Assembly: GCF_006345805.1 (NCBI RefSeq)
Contig: NC_043000.1
Span: 97,340,001 to 97,404,000, forward strand
DNA from: Octopus sinensis
Taxonomy: Eukaryota
Reading direction: 5' to 3'
Length of the DNA: 64,000 nt
In this document: piece by piece, positions 14,523-25,790 of the stretch
How the letters are laid out: each line of letters opens with the position of its first letter
Position numbering within the stretch: the stretch's first letter is position 1
Program-made: the position numbers and the translations under genes
The notes under the pieces: model-generated
Database searches by the model: none
Seen by the model: only the letters and a program-made list of their open reading frames with translations
Told to the model about the DNA's origin: nothing

Positions 14523-14744
14523 GACAAGGGAGTGCTGAAAAGTTCCTGGGTTTAAAGGTGTCGCGAAAGGCCTGGTTGGAGGCCCAAACTTCCGACTTCT
14601 TTTGTAGTGCTTAAAAAAACTGAAGAACCACTCTAATACGTTTATGAACCTGAGAGGGGAATATGTTGAATAAACTCATGATTAACTACCTCCCCAGTAT
14701 TTTCTTTTACCCGAAGTCAAGAACTTTCAGCACTCCCCCTTGTA
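14523..14744 (+). mobile_element. Mariner-derived MITE
   Basis: TA-flanked TIRs caagggagtgctgaaaagttcctgg / agaactttcagcactcccccttg; same interior as 3963-4185. Confidence 0.8.
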
Positions 14745-15947
14745 TATATATCTGAGTATGCGTGGTCTGGTGGTTAAGGAATTGCCTTCAAGATTTCTGG
14801 ACCGTGCTATATCTAATTTTTAATTTTGGTTGAAGTAAAGGTGGAACAACTGCTGTGCTGATGATGTCATTTGAAGCAGAAACGCGTATTCTCAACATTT
14901 TGTTGTCATTTTAATGGTATCATGATTTAGAAGACAGATTGTTGATTCCTTGAAATTATCTATCCTTGTAATACGCAGTGAGTTGCAAATTCCGTTAGGT
15001 GTTTGTTTGCCTTTTCTGGGAGAGAAAGTAGTTTCAATAAATCACGAATTTATGATGCATGATATTTACTATACTTTTGTTTTTGTCATTTCTTTCGCTG
15101 TTGAATTCATGCCACTGGCAACTCTGAGTTATTTCTCCCAACTAATTTTTGCTAAATACGCGCGTGTATATATGAGTATGAGCGAGAGTGTACGTATGTG
15201 TGTGCGCGCGTGAGTAAGATGGAAAGATATCTAGAGACAGACGTTGAAGGGTGGGAAATGTGTTGGCTTAAATAAATACCTAAACAAAATAATAGACGAA
15301 GATAGGATATTGTTTGTTTTCTGGAAGGATAGTATACACATGACTAATTGTGCGTATGTGTGTGCTCGTGCGAGTGGCGCATGTGTGAAACTATGTGCGT
15401 GTTTGTATGGTGAGATGTGGTTGGATGGCTGTTAGCGTGCATTATGTATTATTTATATCATTTTGAATGGTATAAACATTTCATCTTAATAGTAAAAACT
15501 TCTGCACACACAAGCACTCTCCTCTTACGCACACAACGCTTACAAATACCAAAAATATTAATAGAAAATGAAAAGAAGGCTATATATATATATATATATA
15601 AATTTCAATACACAAGCATATAGATACAAACACACACATACACACATATATATATGTATACATATACACATACATAGATACATATACACACGCATGTATG
15701 TATTAACTCATATATACATATACACATATATACTTAAACACATATATGCATAAACACATACACATAGATACGCACACACATACACATTGATATATACATA
15801 CATTTTTACATATATATATATATATATAAAATATATAAATACAAATATATATATATGTATATCTATACATATATATGTATATGTGTGTGTGAATGTGTGT
15901 GTGTGTGTGAATGTGAGCGTGAGTGTCTGTGTGTGTGTCTGTGTGTG

Positions 15948-15978
<31 letters not shown>

Positions 15979-17593
15979 GCATACGTACATAATATTGATA
16001 CAGAATAGAATATTTATATTTTGGTCTCTTTTCTATAATTTTGATGTTTTCATAATTTTTATATCATTTTCATTTTTGTGCATTATTCTTCTTATGTGTA
16101 TCTGTTTTTCTGTGTGTGTAGATATGTGGATGTGTGCACATGTGTATATATTGTATATATATATATGTATATATCAATATATATATATATATATAAGTAT
16201 ATATGTGTGTATATGTGTCTATGTGTATGTGCGTGTGTGTATATTATACGTATGTATAAATGTATGTATATTTACACATACATCTCATACATACGCATAC
16301 GTATGTGTGTATGTTTGTGTGTGTATTTGTGTGTGTATGTGCGCTTATGTATGTATCTATGTATGCGTGTATCTATGTAGATATATACTTCTTTTTAAAA
16401 AAATCCAATAATCTTAAAAACTTCCAATCCCTTATATACACACCGTACTTATTCCTACTCGGAAAACACATAAAAAATTACGATAAAATGTAATCTATAA
16501 TTCTGCATTATAAGCTGCTGTTTAAATACATTTGATAGTGCTATTGTTTATTTTTGTTGTTATTGTTTGTATTTTTCTGCTTTTTTTTTCGTGTTATTTT
16601 TACTCTTGTTCTTGTTGTTGTCTTGTAAACAGTTTCAGGGAATAGAAAACTAGATGAAATTATTGAAACACGTCAATTTTAAAGATATTGTGTTTGTAAT
16701 ACAGTATAATAATGCTTTTAATATATATCTAGTAGTATATACACAAGGAAAATATACATTCAGTTGAAAACGTGAAGGTTAGTGTAGTGTGTATGTGTTA
16801 GAAGCTATGCAGTGTAATGTAATTGGGGGTAGCAGAAGACAGAGAATATTCACTGAATCGTTAGAGCAACGCAAAAATTTCAGAGTAATTTCGGAGTAGA
16901 AGAAATGTAGAAACATTTTTCTTTCGTTATCCATATCCCTGTACTACAACGGTAATCATGTTTCTAAAAGATCATTTCTAAAATTTAAATGTTGTACCTA
17001 TTGATCGAGGGATTTATTAAGAGTTACGTCCCTTAGTTCATCGCCGGAACATTTACCTAAATTGCAAGAACGAGATTTTTAGCCCGTACCCACATGAGAG
17101 AAGGTATATATTATCTTACCAACGGGACCCACCATAACTACAACCTGTAGTGGGAGGCAGACTGTAGGTTCTACAGTCTGCCTCCCACTATTACATCCTG
17201 AGACCCCAGGAAAGTTTTAAATATGTTTATGCATTCATGAGCACATATATGCATATACACCCAAACATAAGATTAAAAGTTCTGGAACTCATCCAACAAC
17301 AGTCAAAAAAATTTTTTTTACACATATACCAACCCCTAAACCCTCCACTTTTGCATATTTCCAACTACCGGACTCTTGCTGCCTTGCAGCTAATCTGATG
17401 TTTGAAGACCAAGGAACATCATTTTTGATAAATCCTTCGCACAATTGCCTCCCGCGACTTAGTTTCGTCTTTTTACACAGTACCTACAAATTGGATGTGA
17501 GATATTTCATGACCAATAACATAGAGTAACCGCCATATTTTTTTCAAATTAAAATGGGTGGACGTAAATTGTAGAGAATCCCGTCGGGTGGGT

Positions 17594-17817
17594 TACAAGT
17601 GGGTGCTGAAAGCTGAAAGTTCCTGGCTTTGGGCAAAAGAAAATGCAGTAGGATCAGTTAATTATGATTTTATTCAACATATTCCCCTCTCAGATTCATA
17701 CACTTATTGCAGTGGTCTTTCAGCTTTTCTAAGCCATATAAAAAAGCCGGAAGGATGGACTCCAACGAAGTTTTTCATGACACCCTTAAAGCCAAGAATT
17801 TTCCGCAACCCCTCATA
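17594..17817 (-). mobile_element. Mariner-derived MITE (opposite orientation)
   Basis: gggtgctgaaag..ttcctggcttt / aagccaagaattttccgcaacccctc TIRs; the interior is the reverse complement of the other two copies. Confidence 0.75.
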
Positions 17818-18214
17818 TAAATGTAATTGGAAAGGGTACAGCTTTACAGTAACGTAGCCAGAGTGTATACCACCAATAGCACCCCTTAAATCTGCCACAC
17901 CTCTCTCGTCCAACCCCTAAGCTCATGCAGACTAATATAACAGAACATTAAGTTCCACTCCAGTAAAAGCGTCGCCCGAAGCGGAAACTAACTATACTGC
18001 AGCCCGGCTTTGTCATATACTACGTTATATTGATTCTGCCTAATAAGGATACACGTACCTGTAGTGTACCTTAGTCATTTACTCGTTAATTCAAAGAGCA
18101 GGTTACTAGGTTTATCAACGTTGAGCGACAGGGATCCACCGTACACACACATTTATTATGCGGATAAAAAAATTAAATATAACAGCTTGGGTTGATATAC
18201 AATATATATACATA

Positions 18215-18565
18215 CCCTTTTACTTGTTTCAGTCATTTGTCTGCGGCCATGCTGGAGCACCGCCTTTAATCGAGCAACTCGATCCCGGGACTTGCCGAAC
18301 CGCTAAGTAACGGGGACATAAACACACCAGCACCTGTTGTCAAGCAATGCTAGGGGGACAAACACAGACACATAAACACACATACACACATATATACATA
18401 TATACGACGGGCTTCTCTCAGTTTCCGTCTACCAAATACACTCACAAGGCTTTGGTCGGCCCGAGGCTATAGTTGAAGACACTCGCCCAAGGTGCCACGC
18501 AGTGGGACTGAACCCGGAACCATGTGGTTGGTAAACAAGCTACTTACTACCCAGCCACTCCTGTG

Positions 18566-18568
<3 letters not shown>
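18215..18568 (-). mobile_element. Family-A SINE, near full length and little diverged
   Basis: Reverse complement of head (aggcacaggagtggctgggtagtaagtagcttg), core and the gaaacaagtaaaag tail. Confidence 0.9.
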
Positions 18569-18612
<44 letters not shown>

Positions 18613-18827
18613 GTATACTTGCAAAACGAAAGAAAGCAACGACTGAAGATTTTCAGACGATGAATATGTTAGTATAAATATATAGATATTTATATATCTA
18701 TAGATCAAACTTATACAAAATATAAATGTATTTATACATACAGAGATATGCATGTATGTATGTATGTATGTATGTATGTATGTATGTATGTATGTATGTA
18801 TGTATGTATGTATGTATATGCACGTGA

Positions 18828-19085
18828 ATGCGTGTGGCTAGTAGTTACGGTGTTGCAATCATGATCACAAGAGCGTGGTTTCGAATTCCAGATCAGGCGA
18901 TATGCCTTATTCTTGGGCAAAACACTTAATTTCTCGTTGTTCTACGATACGCTCGACATCTGACGTGTGACACGCCCTGCATCTGTACTCGGAATATCGA
19001 TTTAATGGTGAGAGTTAGATAATATACAGCACAAACATTTGATCACTATAAACAAATCATTTGAGCAGGTTGTTCAGCAACAAAT
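18828..19085 (+). mobile_element. tRNA-derived SINE, family C (diverged)
   Basis: gcgtgtggctagtagttacggtgttgc...ggtttcgaattcc head plus cttgggcaaaacactt CORE-like motif; related to 48358-48510 and 60298-60530. Confidence 0.55.
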
Positions 19086-19780
19086 TGCGAAAGCCTCATC
19101 TCTCGCCTACGTTAGGAAGGCCCGTGATGTATGAGTGTAATTGTCACTAATTAAGTGAAAATCCTAACTCACCACTTCAGATACTTTAGCATCAAGAAAC
19201 TTTAATTAAAGCACAAATTTATTGATCTTTAAAGGGAACCTAGCAATTATTTCAGTTGACATCACAATATGAGTGTGGGCGGGTTTGTGTGTGTGTGTGC
19301 GTGCGTGTCTGTGTGTGCATGCACACGCTTCTCTGTGTGTCACTGTGTATGTGTGTACCTCTGTGCATATGTGTGTGTGCGGACGTGTTCGCCAACTTCC
19401 AGACAATTCAGTTATACATTTTTTTAGTTAAAATTCTGAAATTGATTTTTAAAAATGTTGATGGTAATGTTTTTAAAACTGCGAACTAAAAGAAAGCTAA
19501 TATATTGCATTATAACGTCTCGTCTAAGATATGAAATGTCATAAACACCTTCACTTTCTAGATTCCATACTAGTCGAACTTTTTTCCGCTATTTTACAAA
19601 CCATACATCGAAAGACTATATGTGCGTGTATGTATGTGATATGTGTGTAATATATATATATATATGTACGTATGTATGTGTGTGTATGTGTGTGTGTGAG
19701 TGTGTGTGTGTGTGAGTGTGTGTGGGTGTGGGTGTGGGTGTGTGTGTGTGTGTTTATGTGTGTGTGTGTACATGTTTAAC

Positions 19781-20142
19781 CTTGCTTCCCAGTCATGTCG
19801 CCTTGAGGTCGGTCCCACTGCACGGATCCATACGTAACTGTCCTGTTACAATCCCTAGACAGACGAAAACTTGAAGAAGCCCGTCATATACACACACGTG
19901 TGTGTGTGTGTCTGTGTGTGTGAGTATACGTATCTATGCATGTGTATCTTAGTGTTTGTCTACCAACACCAGTTGAAAGCTGGTGTGGGTTTCTTTACGT
20001 CCTTGCAACTTAGCGGTTCGGAGGAAGTGAATGATAAAATAAGTATGAAGCTTTAAACAAAAATATTAAGTATTGGATTTGTTTGATTAAAACCTTCATG
20101 GCATTGCACCAGCATGGCCACAGTTCATTGACTGGATAAGAG
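19781..20142 (+). mobile_element. Family-A SINE, diverged
   Basis: cttgcttcccag...agacgaaaacttgaagaagcccgtc...caacttagcggttcgg...ccagcatggccacag. Confidence 0.7.
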
Positions 20143-20446
20143 ACAAAAAATAATGGACACACACACACAATGGGTAAGAGTGAATATACGAAGGAAAGAA
20201 ATATATATGACGTGATGTTGCTAAGCGTAGATATTAAAGCTATGAATATTCATTACACAGTATCGTTTCTGATTGTGTTCAAAACCTAAGCCAAAACTGT
20301 CGACCTTTGCATAATAATCCAACGGAAGTTAGTTATATGCATACATATACGCACATATACACGCACAAACACAAGCTCCAAAACCCATACAATCACACGC
20401 GTGTATATATATATATATTATATATATAATATATATATATATATAT

Positions 20447-20528
<82 letters not shown>

Positions 20529-20581
20529 TATACATATATATACTCATACATATACACTCACATGTGTGTGTTTCTGTATAT

Positions 20582-20613
<32 letters not shown>

Positions 20614-21099
20614 ATATATATATATATTCATACATATATTAATCTAGATAGATAGATAGAAAGGTAGATATATAGATAGATAAATAGATAATCATAAATC
20701 TTCCTTGAATACATATAACCTCTTGTGTATAATTTGTATAAATTTGTGACTATGTGAATCTACATGCAAACGTTTAAGTATGTACATAAGTGGGCGTGCA
20801 GGAAGTTCCTTGGCCATATGTGTCTGTACGCGTGACGTGTTGTGTATGGAATAGAAGTCATTTAGATAGAATTTAGATATATACTACTACTACTACTAGT
20901 AGTAGTAGTAGTAGTAGTAGTAGTATTAACAGCAGCAGCAGCAATAGTGGTGGTGGTAGTTTTATTTTTCGATTAAAAGAGATCTCAGTGGCATTGATTA
21001 TAATTACATTATACACCAACATATAAGTATACGTATAAGTATATATGTCTCTCTCTCTCTATGTATATATATATATATATATGCATGTATGTATGTATA

Positions 21100-21345
21100 T
21101 GTGTGTGTGTTTCTTTATATCTGTGTTCTCCCCCACCCCCCTATCGCTTGACAACCCATGCTGGTGTGTTTACGTCCCCGCAGCTTAGTGGTTCAACAAA
21201 AGGGAGCGATAGGATAAGTCCTATGCTTAAAAAATATGCCCTGAGGTCGATTTGTTCGACTAAAATCCTTGAAGGTGGTGCTCCAGCATGGCCGCAGTCA
21301 AATGACTGAAACAAATAAAACAATAAAACAATAACAGAAAACATA
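21100..21345 (+). mobile_element. Family-A SINE, 3' half
   Basis: cgcttgacaacccatgctggtgtgtttacgtccccg...ggtgctccagcatggccgcagtcaaatgactgaaaca. Confidence 0.8.
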
Positions 21346-21368
21346 CATATATATATATATATTGAGAG

Positions 21369-21534
21369 AGAAGAAGAAGAAGAAGAAGAAGAAGAAGAAG
21401 AAGAAGAAAAGAAGAAGAAGAAGAAGAAAAAGAAGAAGAAGAAGAAGAAGAAGAAGAAGAAGAAGAAGAAGAAGAAGAAGAAGAAGAAGAAGAAGAAGAA
21501 GAAGAAGAAGAAGAAGAAGAAGAAGAAGAAGAAG
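21369..21534 (+). repeat. (GAA)n microsatellite, about 55 units
   Basis: Direct reading; source of the poly-K/R/F/S/L pseudo-ORFs. Confidence 0.98.
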
Positions 21535-21973
21535 GAACGCACAAACTAAAGAAAGAAAGAAAGAAAAAATAAAGAAATAAAGAAAGAAGTAATAGACTCC
21601 ATGGAGATAGGAGGTGGCCTGAGCTGTCGGCAACACATTTTGAAAAACCGACGGAAAGAGCAAACTGAGATTTCCGAGGGATGTGGCTTATCCTCCTTTC
21701 CGAAGAGTTTAATTGAGAAGAGGGAAACAGAAAAGATAACAGTTTTTTTACGTCCTCTAAGCTGCTATCAGTTGTTCAACGATAGAGGATTTAAAGTGTT
21801 AATCATTCCTTTTTTTCTTTCTTTTTATCTTAGAGCGACTCTGTCCGCAACGTTGAATACTCGCACAATTTCACAGTACTCTTTTAATCACTTCTCTCTC
21901 TCTCCTTCTCTTTCTCTCTCTCTCTCTCTGTTTCTTTCACTTTCTCTCTCTCACTCTCTCTTTCTATTTTTGC

Positions 21974-22007
<34 letters not shown>

Positions 22008-22277
22008 AAATAAAGGGTAAGATTATTAATAATAATAATTTTACCAAGTAGTCAGTACGTTAAAAAACATTTTAGGTATATTATACAAAATAGTATATAC
22101 ATATATATATAATTATATACATAATTATAATCAGGGGTCAGCTAATTGCCTCGCCACATACTGAATTAGAAATAGACGCTAATGTCTTTTCAACTACCAT
22201 AAAAACTCCGAGAAAAATAACACACTTTTTGAATGTAGGCAAAAGGGAAAATGATGAGTCAAATTCGACCGCGGTTA

Positions 22278-22339
22278 ATTACAGATGCGTTTCGAACTTA
22301 AAGTAAAACATAATTACCTATTGTTCTCATCAGTGTAAT
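22278..22339 (-). ncRNA. Type I hammerhead ribozyme with a stem III mismatch
   Basis: Minus strand: ATTACA-CTGATGA-GAAC-(25 nt)-GTTC-GAAAC-GC-ATC-TGTAAT; core intact, cleavage triplet AUC with a C-A mismatch in stem III. Confidence 0.75.
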
Positions 22340-22506
22340 ATCCAAATATAAATTTGCAAGTGAATACGTATAAAGGTATAAATATGAAGGTTAAATATGA
22401 ATCACACTCGACAGTATATCTTTGGAAGTGTGGTTAAATATTAGACATGCAATGACGCTTGATAGCGTGCATATTTATTCCAGCACTTGCAAATTTATAT
22501 TTGGGT

Positions 22507-22568
22507 ATTACACTGACGAGAACAATAGGTAATTAGGTTTTACTTTAAGTTCGAAACGCGTCTGTAAT
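22507..22568 (+). ncRNA. Type I hammerhead ribozyme, apparently intact
   Basis: ATTACA-CTGACGA-GAAC-(25 nt)-GTTC-GAAAC-GC-GTC/TGTAAT: stem I ATTACA/TGTAAT, stem II GAAC/GTTC, palindromic minimal stem III ACGCGT, predicted cleavage after C22562. Confidence 0.88.
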
Positions 22569-22757
22569 TAATCGCGGTCGAATTGGTTCATCATTTTCCC
22601 TTTTGCCTACATTCAAAAAGTGTATTATTTTGCTCTGAGTTTTTATGGCAGTTGAAAAGACATTAGCATCTATTTCTAATTCAGTACGTAGCGAGGTAAT
22701 TAGCTGACCTCTCATTATAATTATGTATATAACTATAGAATATTATATATATGTGTG

Positions 22758-22803
<46 letters not shown>

Positions 22804-22911
22804 ATGAAAATCACAATAAGGGTGAAAAAAATGTTATATTAATTAATAACATCAATTTAAAACACTAAGTGGCCTAGCGTAAAAAAACCGTGATACAGTA
22901 AAAATTATTAA

Positions 22912-23441
22912 TACAAGTAATAAGTGAGGGACCACATGTGGTCACTCTAACGCTAGAAATAGATCCGCAAAGGGAATCCACCACTAAAGAATTGTTCTCA
23001 AGCATTAATTCAACACGCCAAGAATATAAGCGGGCAGGACAAATGAAAAATAACGAAAAAATGGATTAACTCTATACAATTGTTTCATCGTTAATAGATT
23101 GTGTAATTTTACTTACAAATCATTTTCGAATCATCGGTAGAGTATATCAAAAATATAATTTGCTGAACCGAACGCCAAAATCTATACGAAGCCGAGCAAA
23201 GGCGAACGGCACAGCCGATTATACTTGCAGTTACGTTCAAATATCCTCATTCTGAATGAGGATATTTGATGAAACAATTGTATAGAGTTAATCCATTTTT
23301 TTGTTATTTTTCATTTGTCCTGCCCGCTTACATTCTTGGCGTGTTGAATTAATGCTTGAGAACAATTCTTTAGTGGTGGATTCCCTTTGCGGATCTATTT
23401 CTAGCGTTAGAGTGACCACATGTGGTCCCTCTCTTATTACT

Positions 23442-23445
<4 letters not shown>
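22912..23445. mobile_element. Second fold-back element; ~178-bp arms (22912-23089, 23268-23445) with a degenerate hammerhead
   Basis: Arms differ at about 3 positions by eye; both contain GAAAC-AATT-GTA (hammerhead 3' half with palindromic stem III); a perfect 16-bp hairpin at 23237-23269 abuts the right arm. Confidence 0.8.
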
Positions 23446-23477
<32 letters not shown>

Positions 23478-23783
23478 TGAATGTATGTATGTATGTATGT
23501 ATGTATGTATGTATGTATGTATGTATGCATATATGTATCATAATATATGCATACGAATTGACGTAAATTATACATATAACATGTATGTATATTTGAGTAA
23601 TTGAATGAATTATCTTATTAAGGATAATTCGAAAGATAACCGATACCTGGGTAGCAAATTCACATCAGAAAGAACACGGTAGGGCATAGACTACGTGTCT
23701 TCGTGCGGAAATTTGTATGTTTATTTTAAAATTATAAGTATATGAAAGAATGGAGTTGAACGACTAGTTAACAAATATCCTTT

Positions 23784-23868
23784 ATTCTCGACATATGTTT
23801 CGAAGGCTGCATATTCCTAATTCCGAAGGAATAAGGAGTACATTATGCAGATTTCTCATCAGGAAAAT
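23784..23868 (-). ncRNA. Type I hammerhead ribozyme with a long stem II
   Basis: Minus strand: ATTTTC-CTGATGA-GAAATCTGCATA...TATGCAGCCTTC-GAAAC-ATAT-GTC/GAGAAT; stem I 6 bp with one G-U pair, palindromic stem III ACATATGT, GUC triplet. Confidence 0.82.
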
Positions 23869-24539
23869 CAAGGAACTTATGTCGACATCAAAATGCACAA
23901 AAAACTTTTAGCTGACCGCTCTCTGTATGTATGTATGCACGCATGCATGTGAAGGGAGAGAGAGAGAAAGAGGAAGTGAAAGAGAGAGTAGTGGTTGAAA
24001 AATTATTCGAAGTTTCATGAGTACAAAAGTACGTGTCTAATTAATGCACTGTCTGCTATTAGCAAAGCCTCTGTCGCATTCTCTTGAAAAGTGGTTTCTT
24101 ACTGGTAGTTATTAACCATTCGACGAGCCACGTTACAAAGGTAGTATTAAGGCTTGTAAGGGCGCTACTAGGGTAGAAGTGAAGCAACTCGGTGGAAATT
24201 AGTTTCTGTTTACACCTAACTCCTAGATTTTCTCTGGCGTTATCTTCCGTATTAGTTTCTTGAAACTGACCCAAGAGAAATACACTTTGGTGAGTTCAAT
24301 TGTCGGATATTTTGCTGCGGTATCTTGGACTGATTCAGTATATTTAGAGAGGTAGAGCTTGTTATTATGTAAACCAGAAGGTATATGGAAAGGCTTCATT
24401 GACAGGTGCTCTTCTTTTTCATTTGTACACCCACACATGCTGCTACCAGAGATCTTGTTGAACTCTCCTACAGACTAGGGTCGTGTAATTGCAGATAGTA
24501 TAATTGCTCCTTAGATATTCCCAGAGAACATGCAGATGC

Positions 24540-25790
24540 CAATCATAAAGTTTAAAATGTCACGCATGATCAGGCAAATGAAAAGCGAAATTAAGCTCAT
24601 AGAAATCCTACTTCTTAGAAATCGGAACAACCGAAACATCTGAAGACAAATACGAATTAAAATCGTCACCCCATCACTCCGATGAAATATCTTGAGAATT
24701 TTAAATTAGACTTCATTAACAAGATTAAGAAATGTAAAATTTCAGCACTGTACCAACTCCTTCCAAAAATCTTTGAGAAATTACTGATACCCTTCAAGCA
24801 ATACCTAAGGTACTCATTCTTGCAGACAAGATTAAGAATACAAACAAAACAAAGCTTTACAACAGCAATAAACTCTCAATGAATACCACTACCAAATCTA
24901 ACAAGAAAACTAGCTCTTGCAATTTCATTTATGCAGTTGGCAGAGAGCTAACCACTCAATTAAATGCAGAAAACTGTATTGATCATCTTGACATGGGACT
25001 TCCCACCACACACATTACCGACAAGAACTACAAGCTTAATTCCTCTTGTGACAACTAGGCTTGAGATTCTTAATGCAGGAAAATAACGCCTCCAAAAATA
25101 CATTGGGCATAAGTGGTAAGCTTTTCTCGATGCCATTAATCTTAGAATTAAAAGTGCTATGAGATTAAATTAATGAAATTTCTTTATAACAGCGCTACTA
25201 TAGTACTAAAGTGCCTTCACAATATTGAAAATAAAACCACCTGCATATTCATCCAGTTTGATATTGTGGATTTTTGATCATCCAAATTGGATCCCCTCAG
25301 AGAAATCCATTGGATCGGAGATGCAATTTTCTACGATTAATATCTATGATATAAGGATAGTAGCGAAAGCCAGAAAGTTATTGTTAAATTACATTCCCTC
25401 TGGTCAAAAAGGAAGGATATCTGCTTTTCGATGTCTTCATAAAAATCTGTGAATGGGTGAACTCTTTATCCTTGATACTTTCAGAACGCTAACTTCCCTT
25501 CACATCTCAAGTTTGTACAGAGATATATATATATATGAACAGCAAAACTGTGGATAGGATCAGAAATAGTCTAAAAGGCATATTCAGATCGAAATACAGC
25601 TATTACCACCAACCAGATAAACTAGCAATTTCTTAGATATTATGGTAGATCTTAAGACGTATACATCTGCTCATACACTTCCTATACCGGTAGCTTGCTA
25701 TACTAGCAAACTACCAGTCATTGCTGAAATTGAGGCACTAGCTTGCTGAGAGGATTCTGTTTTTCCCAAACCAGTGTCTGCAAAGCTAAA
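24540..25790 (+). mobile_element. Decayed Penelope-like element: RT remnant plus decayed 3' hammerhead; no GIY-YIG domain seen
   Basis: Fragments KYELKS../MKYLENFKLDFINKIK, VLILADKIKN, FIQFDIVDF*SS, DIRIVAKARKLLL and NFLDIMVDL match PLE RT motifs (ADKT.N, FDIVDFYPS, ARKSLL, NFLD); many stops and frameshifts. Confidence 0.75.

Larger units (their letters stand above)
22113..22732. mobile_element. Fold-back Penelope-type terminal-repeat element; ~250-bp arms (22113-22362, 22484-22732), 121-bp spacer
   Basis: Arms are reverse complements with about 19 differences by eye; each carries a hammerhead motif; both outer ends run into AT-rich/(TA)n sequence. Confidence 0.85.
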
